From IMG/VR virus record IMGVR_UViG_3300025830_000002: DNA of 29,510 bases; one strand, 5' to 3'. The notes beneath the pieces were generated by a model. It was given only the letters and a program-made list of their open reading frames with translations. It was not told where the DNA came from and did not search any database. This document shows positions 1 through 7,498 of the stretch, in pieces. The DNA comes from a virus. The translations under genes were made by a program, and so were the position numbers. Every line of letters starts with the position of its first letter. The stretch's first letter is position 1.

Positions 1-127
1 CACCATCAATAACGGCCTTACCTTTGTAATCTGGTTGTGTTTCCGTTTTTTTGTAATCGTTTTTAAAGATTGCACCTGTGTTGTTCTTTTGTTCCATAAC
101 TTAATCTATTGTTTTACTTATTATATA
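1..127. repeat. Exact 127-nt copy of the window end (29384..29510): circular-closure overlap or direct terminal repeat
   Basis: Compared base by base: 1..127 equals 29384..29510. On the minus strand, 1..97 repeats the 5' part of the SSB-like CDS (ATG at 97 corresponds to ATG at 29480). Confidence 0.95.
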
Positions 128-229
128 TGCGCTTAACGTCTTTCGTTTACGCCTTGCTTTTTCTTTTAAAAGCTTCTTCTCTTCTTCTGTTACTCTTATT
201 GTAACTATGTCAGTCTTTCGTGTTTTCAT
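101..229 (-). CDS. Small ribbon-helix-helix (CopG/Arc/MobC-like) DNA-binding protein, 42 aa (not in ORF track)
   Basis: Hand translation gives MKTRKTDIVTIRVTEEEKKLLKEKARRKRKTLSAYIISKTID. The pattern is beta-strand (IVTIRVT), helix (EEEKKLLKEKA), then helix (TLSAYII), typical of RHH. It overlaps the exo 3' end by 20 nt and stops 3 nt before the SSB-like ATG. Confidence 0.45.
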   Translation of the reverse strand: MKTRKTDIVTIRVTEEEKKLLKEKARRKRKTLSAYIISKTID

Positions 230-893
230 CTATTAAAGTTTTGTAATATTCTCTACATTCTTTTATCCTGTCGTAGATAGCTTTAACAACGTCTTTATCA
301 TATCTTACTTCAAACGTTTTGATTCGTTTTTCTGTTGGTATATGATCAAAATTGTGTTTGGCTTCTACATCTGATCGCAGTTCTTCTGATTCATCTATTA
401 AATGATTCTTCCAATGTTCACGCCTTACTTCGTCTTCAACGATTTCATCTGGTGTGTTTACTAAACAATATGCAAGAACACTTTTACGTTTGTTACATAA
501 AGCCATATAGCCTTGAAGCTGATAATAGTAATCTTTGTTTGGTATATCTTCAGCAAAGAATGGAAACGTTGTTGCATCATAACTACTTTTTACATCTAAA
601 AGTATACTATCCGTGTTTACGTCTGGAGTGCCTGTTAAAAAACCATTGTTAAAATGTTCTTCGTTTTTATACATCAATCCAAAATCTAATACTTCTTGTG
701 CTAATGAAATACTTTCATCTTCTACAAGGTTGCCTTTGTCTGTGTAACGGCTTGAAAATTCTTTCTTGATTCCGTACATTTCTTCTATTGCCAACTCCTG
801 TAAGTAGGTCTTGCAAGTCTTACTCAATACTTCGGACTTGCTTCTGCTATTGGTCATTATTTTGCCAAGTGCTGAACATCTAATCTTCAACAT
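210..893 (-). CDS. YqaJ/lambda-Exo-type recombination exonuclease (PD-(D/E)XK)
   Basis: 227-aa ORF with motifs ...LTGTPD... and ...LLDVKS... (D...D/E-x-K) plus ...YYYQLQGYM..., characteristic of YqaJ-like viral recombinase exonucleases. It is adjacent to and overlaps the ERF annealase gene. Confidence 0.8.
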   Translation of the reverse strand: MLKIRCSALGKIMTNSRSKSEVLSKTCKTYLQELAIEEMYGIKKEFSSRYTDKGNLVEDESISLAQEVLDFGLMYKNEEHFNNGFLTGTPDVNTDSILLDVKSSYDATTFPFFAEDIPNKDYYYQLQGYMALCNKRKSVLAYCLVNTPDEIVEDEVRREHWKNHLIDESEELRSDVEAKHNFDHIPTEKRIKTFEVRYDKDVVKAIYDRIKECREYYKTLIDENTKD

Positions 894-1447
894 AACTCAA
901 GTGCTTTAACTTGTAAAGGCGATAAATCAAACTCTTCTAACTTGGCTTTGTTTATTTTGCCATCTTGTAAAGCTTTCAATGCGTCTTCAAATCGTTTTTT
1001 AGTTAGCTTCTCTTTCTTTACTTCGTTTTTATTATGCGTATTTGTTGTGTCTGCGTCTTTCGTATCGTCTATTAAAAACAATCCGTTAAGTGCGTACTTT
1101 CTTGCATAACTTGAACTGCTTCCAAATGCTTGTGCGATATCCATTCCTTTTCTATTTGGATCAATTCCTGCTTGTGCTTTTACTGCCTGCATCTTTGTTC
1201 CATCTGTAATCATAGCAGTTGATTCTACATACATATAGCCTGCTGCTTCTTTTACTTCGTCAGTTAGATTTAGTGCCAATCCGTTTAATAGTGGCTTAAC
1301 GGCTTCAAGTATATCTTCACAACTCCTGTACTTGTAGTTTCCAAACTTGTTAAATTGATTCTTTGGTGCTTTTAATTCTTGCTGGATTTTGGCCAGTCTT
1401 CCAATTACTGTGTCTTTCATAACATTATTTATTTTTTGTTTATACAA
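887..1447 (-). CDS. erf: ERF-family single-strand annealing protein
   Basis: 186-aa ORF. The N-terminal segment ...LKAPKNQFNKFGNYKYRSCEDILEAVKPLL... is the hallmark of P22 Erf-like recombinases, and it is paired with an exonuclease. Confidence 0.8.
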   Translation of the reverse strand: MYKQKINNVMKDTVIGRLAKIQQELKAPKNQFNKFGNYKYRSCEDILEAVKPLLNGLALNLTDEVKEAAGYMYVESTAMITDGTKMQAVKAQAGIDPNRKGMDIAQAFGSSSSYARKYALNGLFLIDDTKDADTTNTHNKNEVKKEKLTKKRFEDALKALQDGKINKAKLEEFDLSPLQVKALELC

Positions 1448-1456
1448 ATATAAGTA

Positions 1457-1978
1457 TTATTTATTTAATTCTTTCTTTTTTTGTTTATACATTTCAATAA
1501 TCGCTTTCAATTCTTCTCTTGTATACTTTCTTATCTTGTGTGCTTCTTCGTGTAATTTTATTAGTTCTTCGCCACCTATTCGTTTTTCTATACCTATTTG
1601 GTAGTTTAGTAGGTTTCCGTGTTTGTGTTGGTTACAGGCTACGCATTGACCGTGAACATTATTTTCATCGAAAGTTACGTTCTTGTGGCTTGTACTAAAG
1701 TAGTGACCAGCATCGAATTTACTTCCTAATAGCTTTTCGCAACTTACACAAGGTTTATGCTTATCACGTTCACGAATGTATGCATTAAAGTATACCTGTG
1801 CTTTTTTAGTTAAGCTTTGCACCGTTTCTAATTCGTCTTTTAGTCGCTTCTTTTCTTTCTTCCAGTTCTTTACTTTTGCGGTTTCTACCCATACCTTGAC
1901 ACAATCACTTTTAAAGCAGTACTTCTGATTGAAGTGTTTTACTTCAAACTTTTCTTTGCAGTTTTTACAACGTGGCAT
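1457..1978 (-). CDS. ninG: NinG/Rap-like recombination endonuclease
   Basis: 173 aa with Cys/His clusters CKNC..., PCVSC...DAGH..., HGQCVACNQHKHGN, typical of the lambda NinG (Rap) family. It lies in the recombination module. Confidence 0.75.
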   Translation of the reverse strand: MPRCKNCKEKFEVKHFNQKYCFKSDCVKVWVETAKVKNWKKEKKRLKDELETVQSLTKKAQVYFNAYIRERDKHKPCVSCEKLLGSKFDAGHYFSTSHKNVTFDENNVHGQCVACNQHKHGNLLNYQIGIEKRIGGEELIKLHEEAHKIRKYTREELKAIIEMYKQKKKELNK

Positions 1979-3077
1979 TTAAATTAAATTCTTTTATTAT
2001 TAATTCTAAACAACGTACTACAATACTATTTCCAGCTTGTTTGTATGCTTGACTATCTGAACAAATCCAAGTAAAAGTATCTGGAAAATCCATAAGTCTA
2101 AAACATTCTCTTGGTGTTAATCTTCTTATGTTTTGATTTTCTAAAGTTGCTTGATTGCATTGCGTGTCTAAAGTTTGTGCTACACCTTTACCAACTCTTC
2201 CTCTCCGTGTTTCTGAATTAGGAACACTAAAGTTTATACTATCGCCTTCATTAGCTTTTTCATAACCTTTTTTAGTTGCTGATTTTATTTGTATTGTATT
2301 ATCAGTAGGACACAAAGCTGCATTTGCCCTTAACGTGTTAGCCGTATCATTTTCGTTTTTTGGTTGCCATTTAAATCCTGTTTGTTTTTCTTCGTGTCTT
2401 TCTTTGTGTTTCAAAAAACCGTTTATAATTGTGTGACTTAAAAAATACTTTTCATCTACTTCGTTTTCAAGTACGTCTTTTAGTCGTTTAGTTAAATGCT
2501 CTTCTTTTGCCCATCTAAACGTATTATCTTGATCATCACGAACACCAATTATAAAAACTCTTTCTCTATTTTGTGGAACTCCGTGTTTTTTTGCGTTCAT
2601 TACTTTGTAGTAAATGTGATATGGAACTGAATTTTTATAAGGAAACAATACAGGCAAACCATTTACACTTTTTCCACCTAACATATTTATCCACTCTTTA
2701 AAAGTATTGCCATTATCGTCTGATAATAAACCCTTGACATTTTCAAATATAAAGTATTTTGGTTTGTTCGTTTTTATGAACTCGTGACTATTAAAAAACA
2801 ACACCCCTCTTTTATCGTCTTTGCCTAATCTTTTTCCAGCTAAACTAAAAGCTTGACAAGGAGGAGAAGTCATATAAATATCTAAACTTTCCTTTGGTAT
2901 TTCTCTTTCATATACATCTTTTGGATAATACTTTGGTTCTCCGTAATTATGTATAAATGTTTCTCTTGCATACTTGTCCATATCACAAGCAAAAACCTCA
3001 TCGTATTCTATGCCTAATCTTATTAACGCTTGATTAAATGCACCTACTCCACTAAAATCACTTCCTACCTTTATCAT
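1965..3077 (-). CDS. DNA (cytosine-5)-methyltransferase
   Basis: All canonical C5-MTase motifs are present in order: I DFSGVGAF, IV SPPCQAFS, VI ENVKGL, VIII QNRERVFIIG, IX RRLTPRECFRLMDFPD, X AGNSIVV. Confidence 0.93.
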   Translation of the reverse strand: MIKVGSDFSGVGAFNQALIRLGIEYDEVFACDMDKYARETFIHNYGEPKYYPKDVYEREIPKESLDIYMTSPPCQAFSLAGKRLGKDDKRGVLFFNSHEFIKTNKPKYFIFENVKGLLSDDNGNTFKEWINMLGGKSVNGLPVLFPYKNSVPYHIYYKVMNAKKHGVPQNRERVFIIGVRDDQDNTFRWAKEEHLTKRLKDVLENEVDEKYFLSHTIINGFLKHKERHEEKQTGFKWQPKNENDTANTLRANAALCPTDNTIQIKSATKKGYEKANEGDSINFSVPNSETRRGRVGKGVAQTLDTQCNQATLENQNIRRLTPRECFRLMDFPDTFTWICSDSQAYKQAGNSIVVRCLELIIKEFNLNATL

Positions 3078-3367
3078 ATACCCTCTTTTAAGTTTTCTAC
3101 TAAAATGTTAAGCTTTTCTAATTCGTGTTTTTGTTCACTTATAACCATTTGCAAACGTAAATTACTTTTACATTCTAAAAGATATTGGTCTTCAAACTGC
3201 ATAAACACGGATTGAAAATAGCTGATGTCTTCAAGTGAATCAAGCATAGAATCAATTAAGTCTTTACGTTCTGGATGCTTTGCTTGTAACTCCTCTATAC
3301 TACTTGTGAACTTAATAATAGTTGTTTGTAGGTTTATCTTTGCTTTTAGTATTTCTAAAGTGTCCAT
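3074..3367 (-). CDS. Hypothetical protein (helical/coiled-coil, 97 aa)
   Basis: The ORF fills the gap with ATGA-type overlaps at both ends. I recognise no motif. Confidence 0.5.
   Translation of the reverse strand: MDTLEILKAKINLQTTIIKFTSSIEELQAKHPERKDLIDSMLDSLEDISYFQSVFMQFEDQYLLECKSNLRLQMVISEQKHELEKLNILVENLKEGI
3109..3132 (-). repeat. 24-nt element AAAAACACGAATTAGAAAAGCTTA (copy 1), containing the AAACACGAAT motif
   Basis: It matches 4350..4373 at 23 of 24 positions. It lies inside the 97-aa ORF, 32-55 nt upstream of the C5-MTase ATG (3077). Confidence 0.9.
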
Positions 3368-4272
3368 TATTCGTGTTTTGGTTGTGCGTAAATCTTATTG
3401 TAAACATTCGGCACAGGATTATCTTGTTCATAATATAGAAATTTTTCTTTATCAAACCATAATTCTAATTGGCCTATATTTCCAACTGAACGTGGCTTAA
3501 TCTTATTAAAGTTTATTATTGCTTGATTGTAGCTTAAATCTTCTCTGTGAACGGTAATCATACACTTGCCACTATTAAACCATTCAGAGCCACCTTTTAG
3601 ATCGTATGGGCTTGGCACGTTTCTTTTGCCGTTTATCTTTTCAGTTAGTTTAGGATGAATAATTGTATGTAAGTGTAGATTGTTATCTTCTGCTATTTGG
3701 TTTCTATAAGGAAGTATTACTTCTAAATATTGTGCATAACCTCCATACTCGTTATATGGATGGCTTAAATCTTTCCAACTATCAATACTTGCCGTTTGTA
3801 ATCCGTGTTTTTGTTTAAGTTCTACTGCATAATCATAAAATTCAAACGGTGTTAATTTGGCTTTAACATCATATTTGGTTAGTATTTTAAAGTGTTCAAA
3901 AATCCAATCTAAACTATTTGTTATCTCTTTGTCTTTAATCACGTTGTTATCTAATGGATTAAAACTTTTGCCTGTAAGCTTGTGAATTAAATCTGCAACT
4001 ATTTCAACATTACTACCTACATCTGGAAAGTAAACAAGATGTTTCCATCCGTAAAACTTACTTGTATTAAGTAGGCACTCCATCAATACCTGTGTTTTAC
4101 CACTCATAGGGAAACCTGTCCAATCTGTGCAGTTGCCTAATTGCATAGAATAGAACTCATCCATTCCTTTCCATCCTAAATACTTTCCTTTGTTGTTGTA
4201 ATTATCTCTATGCTTGTATATCTTGTTTAAAATATCTTTTGCTTCTGTTACCTTATAACCTTTCATTGCCAC
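3367..4272 (-). CDS. DnaB/T7-gp4-like (SF4) replicative helicase, ATPase domain only
   Basis: 301 aa with Walker [10 protein letters not shown], a Walker B-like ...[10 protein letters not shown]..., and ...[21 protein letters not shown]... resembling the DnaB H4/arginine-finger region (DLRESG...DAD.v..l.R). Confidence 0.6.
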   Translation of the reverse strand: MAMKGYKVTEAKDILNKIYKHRDNYNNKGKYLGWKGMDEFYSMQLGNCTDWTGFPMSGKTQVLMECLLNTSKFYGWKHLVYFPDVGSNVEIVADLIHKLTGKSFNPLDNNVIKDKEITNSLDWIFEHFKILTKYDVKAKLTPFEFYDYAVELKQKHGLQTASIDSWKDLSHPYNEYGGYAQYLEVILPYRNQIAEDNNLHLHTIIHPKLTEKINGKRNVPSPYDLKGGSEWFNSGKCMITVHREDLSYNQAIINFNKIKPRSVGNIGQLELWFDKEKFLYYEQDNPVPNVYNKIYAQPKHE

Positions 4273-4835
4273 GGTGCTTTAAATCCATTACTACTTTCTA
4301 CTTCTTTTTTTGTTTGTTCTTTCTTCAACCAATTTTTAGCAGTTAAATATAAGCTTTTATAATTCGTGTTTTTCTTGAAGTTTTGGATCGCATCGCATAC
4401 ACCATCAATTTGTTGTTTAGTATAATCTTTTTCTAATTTGTTAAATTCATCTAAAGACATAGACAAATGGGCGAAAGCCCTATATATATCTTTATCATTT
4501 ACATTATCATTAACATTAACATTTACGGCTATGTTTGCCATTTTCTTTTTAGCACTTTTAACAGGTGCTATATTCTGCCATCTTTTATTAGCACCTTTCT
4601 TTCCTGCTTCTCGTTTCTTTTCTCTTATCTGTTCGTATTTTTGTAGATCACGTTTTAAGTTTTGTTTGATCGGCTCAAAACATAAATCTGTTATAATGTC
4701 TTCGGTTTCTGGATTCAAGTCGTTGACGTACTCTAAAACGTGTTTAAATAGCTTTCCTGCCTGTTCATCATTTAACTTCTTGACCGTATGCAATAAGTCG
4801 CAATAAAGTAAAAAGCTTTTTTTATTTTCTGCCAT
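4263..4835 (-). CDS. Replication-associated protein (replisome-organiser / DUF6291-like N-terminus)
   Basis: 190 aa. The N-terminus ...[32 protein letters not shown]... resembles the phage replisome-organiser N-terminal family seen in Bacteroidota phages. It sits directly upstream of the helicase. The central [12 protein letters not shown] linker is encoded by a hexamer array. Confidence 0.45.
   Translation of the reverse strand: MAENKKSFLLYCDLLHTVKKLNDEQAGKLFKHVLEYVNDLNPETEDIITDLCFEPIKQNLKRDLQKYEQIREKKREAGKKGANKRWQNIAPVKSAKKKMANIAVNVNVNDNVNDKDIYRAFAHLSMSLDEFNKLEKDYTKQQIDGVCDAIQNFKKNTNYKSLYLTAKNWLKKEQTKKEVESSNGFKAPWQ
4350..4373 (-). repeat. 24-nt element AAAAACACGAATTATAAAAGCTTA (copy 2)
   Basis: It matches 3109..3132 at 23 of 24 positions but lies in a different reading frame (encodes KNTNYKSL here and QKHELEKL in copy 1). 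It is 78-101 nt upstream of the helicase ATG (4272). Confidence 0.9.
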
Positions 4836-4847
4836 AAATTATTGGTT

Positions 4848-4902
4848 AAAAAAAAAGTATAACGCTTTCAGTGGGTAGGAACACTTACTTACGCTATACT
4901 CT
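4848..4902 (-). terminator. Long hairpin followed by U9: terminator/attenuator-like element in the leader of the replication genes
   Basis: The minus-strand RNA reads GUAUAGCG...(26 nt)...CGUUAUAC followed by UUUUUUUUU, an 8-9 bp stem with one G-U pair. An inner 4-bp AGUG/CACU helix presents loop UUCCUACC. The run ends 12 nt before the ATG at 4835. Confidence 0.4.
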
Positions 4903-4930
4903 AAATATTTTGATTGTCCTACCAACTCCA

Positions 4931-4938
4931 CAAATATA
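4931..4938 (-). promoter_or_regulatory. Candidate Bacteroidota-type -7 promoter box TATATTTG (TAnnTTTG)
   Basis: The minus strand reads TAG-T-TATATTTG immediately after the nuclease stop codon, upstream of the structured leader. I see no clear -33 TTTG. Confidence 0.3.
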
Positions 4939-4939
4939 A

Positions 4940-5305
4940 CTAAAAAGTTAAAAATTTAATTAATTCTTCTTCATTAATTTCTTCTCTATTTAAAAATACT
5001 TTTCCATTTTCAAAATTAAATTTTTCAAATTGTATTAAATGTAAACCTTTATAAGTCCATTCTTCATCTATTCCTTTTTTTATCCATTTATCTAATTTTG
5101 TTAATATTAAATGCTGATCTGATTTAACTTCTGTATTGTAGCTTTTTAATTCTATAAACATTATTTGCTTTAATTTTTTATGCCATAAAACAAAATCTAT
5201 ATCGTAACATCTGTATCCTGTATAACTATCTGGTAATTTTTCTCTTATCCATTCACTAAAAAATAAATCGTGTTCTCTATTTCCTGTTTGTTCTTGCCTT
5301 GTCAT
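4940..5305 (-). CDS. Small PD-(D/E)XK nuclease-fold protein (VRR-NUC-like), 121 aa
   Basis: ...YRCYDIDFVLWHKKLKQIMFIELKSYNTEVKSDQHLILTKL... shows D-x-D then E-L-K with spacing typical of the restriction-endonuclease fold. It shares an ATGA start/stop overlap with the upstream MTase. It is very AT-rich: I counted 10/60 and 15/60 G+C in two 60-nt lines. Confidence 0.5.
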   Translation of the reverse strand: MTRQEQTGNREHDLFFSEWIREKLPDSYTGYRCYDIDFVLWHKKLKQIMFIELKSYNTEVKSDQHLILTKLDKWIKKGIDEEWTYKGLHLIQFEKFNFENGKVFLNREEINEEELIKFLTF

Positions 5306-6474
5306 AATAAAGATTTTGCTATGTTATAAGTTTGTTCGTTTATTTCAGCAGCTAAAACTTTTCTTTTCTTTTCTTTGGCTGCTATTATAGTTGTACCACT
5401 TCCAGCAAACGGCTCTAAAATTGTATCCATTGGTTTAGTAAACATTTCAATTAAATAAGCTACGCCACTTTTACTTTGTTGCCAGTCGTGTCCGTTTTTT
5501 TCTCTTTGTTCTGAAATAAAATAATCTTGAAAAGTATTTTCTATTTTTTTCTTGCCATTTTGAAATATTAGTACAGGTTTCCATCTACACATTAAATTTA
5601 TTCCATTGACTATTTGCGTTTGTCCCTCGTGATAAACGGCAAACGTCCAATAATAATCTAAATTTTCACTCATTCTTTTCATTACTTCTGGCAAATACAT
5701 TTGTCCACTATATGCAATACAAAAACCATTTGGTTTTAATACACGTTTTGCAAACCTTGAAAGTTTAGTCCATACTTCTATAAATTCATAAGGATAAGGT
5801 GGATCTGTAATTATACAATCTATACTTCCATCTGGCAAGTCTGCAAAAACTTCTTGAAAATCTCCAAGTCTAAAGTCTATTTCTATTTCTTTTTTTGCGC
5901 CTTTTTCTGCTAACCTTTTACGTTCTGCTATTTTTTCTTCTTTCTTTTCTTCTTTCTTTATTTCTTTGTAAGCTGCGTTTATACTTACTTCTCCAGTTGC
6001 AAGTTTTGCTTTTACTTCTTCTGGTGCTTTCTCTTGTATTTTTTTTACTTTAGAAATAGTGTCTTTACCTACATTGGCAACATTTGACAACTTTTCAATA
6101 GTTTTACCCTGTTCTGATTTCGGAACAGGCTTAGCTTGTATCATTCTTTCCTTTGCTTTTTTGCTAAAAACTTCTTCAAGTTCTAAAGCCAAAACACTTC
6201 TTTGATAGTTGCTTAAATTACGTCTTCCAAATTGATTTAATATCATCCATTCTTTTACACTTTCTTCACTTGCAAAATGTTTGCTTGTAGTTCTATACTC
6301 TACATCAAATCGTTGTGCTATACTATAACGATTATGTCCATCTATTATAAATCCATTCCAAGTTATTATAGGCTCTCGTATTCCCTCTTCTAATATGTTT
6401 GCTTCAAGCTGCGCATATTCTTCAGCACTTAATGCTGGTATTAAATTCTTAAATTCTTCTTTTACTTGTATCAT
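5302..6474 (-). CDS. ParB-like N-terminal domain fused to an N6-adenine/N4-cytosine DNA methyltransferase (beta class)
   Basis: ParB/Srx-type motif ...IITWNGFIIDGHNRYSIA..., a K/E-rich linker, catalytic motif IV IITDPPYPY, then SAM motif I LEPFAGSGTT (order IV then I indicates beta class). Confidence 0.88.
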   Translation of the reverse strand: MIQVKEEFKNLIPALSAEEYAQLEANILEEGIREPIITWNGFIIDGHNRYSIAQRFDVEYRTTSKHFASEESVKEWMILNQFGRRNLSNYQRSVLALELEEVFSKKAKERMIQAKPVPKSEQGKTIEKLSNVANVGKDTISKVKKIQEKAPEEVKAKLATGEVSINAAYKEIKKEEKKEEKIAERKRLAEKGAKKEIEIDFRLGDFQEVFADLPDGSIDCIITDPPYPYEFIEVWTKLSRFAKRVLKPNGFCIAYSGQMYLPEVMKRMSENLDYYWTFAVYHEGQTQIVNGINLMCRWKPVLIFQNGKKKIENTFQDYFISEQREKNGHDWQQSKSGVAYLIEMFTKPMDTILEPFAGSGTTIIAAKEKKRKVLAAEINEQTYNIAKSLL

Positions 6475-6848
6475 ATCAATTCTTTATAAAGTTGTTTTTC
6501 TGTTCTTCCTTTTATTATTTGTAAATCTCTAATTGTTGTAGCTTTTAGAATATCCGTTTTTAAATCGTACTTTGTATCATTGATTTTAAACTTGCCATCG
6601 TATTCTGCAATATCCAAAAACATTAACGGATCTTTTGCTTTCTTTAAATTCTTAAAAGTTTTAATTCCGTGTACTATTGTGGCGTGATTTAATCCGAATA
6701 AATCGCCAATACTTTGATAAGTATATCCAGCAGTTCTTAAAACGTTAAAAAAGTATATTCTTTTGTGTACATATTTTCTTTGTCTACAACGTTTTTTTAA
6801 TTCGTCTTTTTCTATGTAGTGCAGTACACTACTCATCAATTCTTCCAT
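6471..6848 (-). CDS. DnaA domain-IV-like helix-turn-helix DNA-binding protein
   Basis: 125 aa. ...RKYVHKRIYFFNVLRTAGYTYQSIGDLFGLNHATIVHGIKTFKNL... parallels the DnaA C-terminal HTH (R..v..R.i.mYl.r......sl..IG..fg.dHsTV.h...k.). Confidence 0.55.
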   Translation of the reverse strand: MEELMSSVLHYIEKDELKKRCRQRKYVHKRIYFFNVLRTAGYTYQSIGDLFGLNHATIVHGIKTFKNLKKAKDPLMFLDIAEYDGKFKINDTKYDLKTDILKATTIRDLQIIKGRTEKQLYKELI

Positions 6849-6893
6849 ATATCCAATTTATAATAAGACAATAAAGATATTCAATTATTTTCT

Positions 6894-7133
6894 TCATACC
6901 TTTTCAATACTAATTATTAACTTTTTCCATAAGCCACAAAGCTTGATAGCTTCCTGTCTGTCTTCTGCTTTTACATACTTTACTGCTTGGCAACATTCTG
7001 CGTCAGTATTAGCACCTTTATAGTATTTGTATAGTATTTTATAAGTGTTCATTTTTTCGTCTTTTGCTATTAAATAATTGCAGTATAATTCTTCGTTAAA
7101 ATTACTCCACCAGTCTATTTTTAATTGTTCCAT
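6894..7133 (-). CDS. Hypothetical early protein, 79 aa
   Basis: The ORF is in the co-directional array and overlaps the upstream gene by 13 nt. No motif recognised. Confidence 0.45.
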   Translation of the reverse strand: MEQLKIDWWSNFNEELYCNYLIAKDEKMNTYKILYKYYKGANTDAECCQAVKYVKAEDRQEAIKLCGLWKKLIISIEKV

Positions 7134-7396
7134 TTGTTTAGTATTTCTTCAAGTTCTTCGCACAAATCTTCTTCGTTATAATAGTTCACACCATCACATC
7201 TTAACGTTTCTTTCTGTACTCTATAATATGTTTCTTCTACTTGTGCGTATGATAGCTTGTCGTTAAAGCTATTGTAGCTATCAAGTTCTTCTATTATTCG
7301 TGTTTCTATAAAAAGTTCCACTTGATATGGTGTTTCGCCTATGTAAAATATTGCACCATCTTGATCGTAATATTCTATTTCTATTTCGTAACTCAT
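7121..7396 (-). CDS. Hypothetical acidic early protein, 91 aa
   Basis: The ORF is in the co-directional array. It shares an ATGA overlap with the upstream small ORF. Confidence 0.5.
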   Translation of the reverse strand: MSYEIEIEYYDQDGAIFYIGETPYQVELFIETRIIEELDSYNSFNDKLSYAQVEETYYRVQKETLRCDGVNYYNEEDLCEELEEILNKWNN

Positions 7397-7491
7397 ACTA
7401 ATAAATTTACTGCTAAATAATAAAACGTAAAGGCAACTGCCATAAACACGAATCCAAATAATAATTCTTTTTTTGCTTCTTTCTCTTTCAT
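7393..7491 (-). CDS. Small single-pass membrane protein, 32 aa (not in ORF track)
   Basis: Hand translation gives MKEKEAKKELLFGFVFMAVAFTFYYLAVNLLV. The charged N-terminus is followed by one hydrophobic helix. Its TGA overlaps the downstream ATG (ATGA), and it starts 7 nt after the upstream stop. Confidence 0.4.
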   Translation of the reverse strand: MKEKEAKKELLFGFVFMAVAFTFYYLAVNLLV

Positions 7492-7498
7492 AATCTAT

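Noticed and set aside
2689-2697. DnaA-box-like TTATCCACT (8/9 match to TTATCCACA) as a target of the DnaA-C-like protein
   Set aside because: It is a single imperfect copy inside the C5-MTase gene, with no cluster of boxes anywhere. This is insufficient to call an origin or operator.
4857-4923. Possible tRNA or other known small RNA in the 4836..4939 gap
   Set aside because: It has no T-loop (GTTCRANNC) and no cloverleaf arrangement. I report it instead as an unclassified structured leader.
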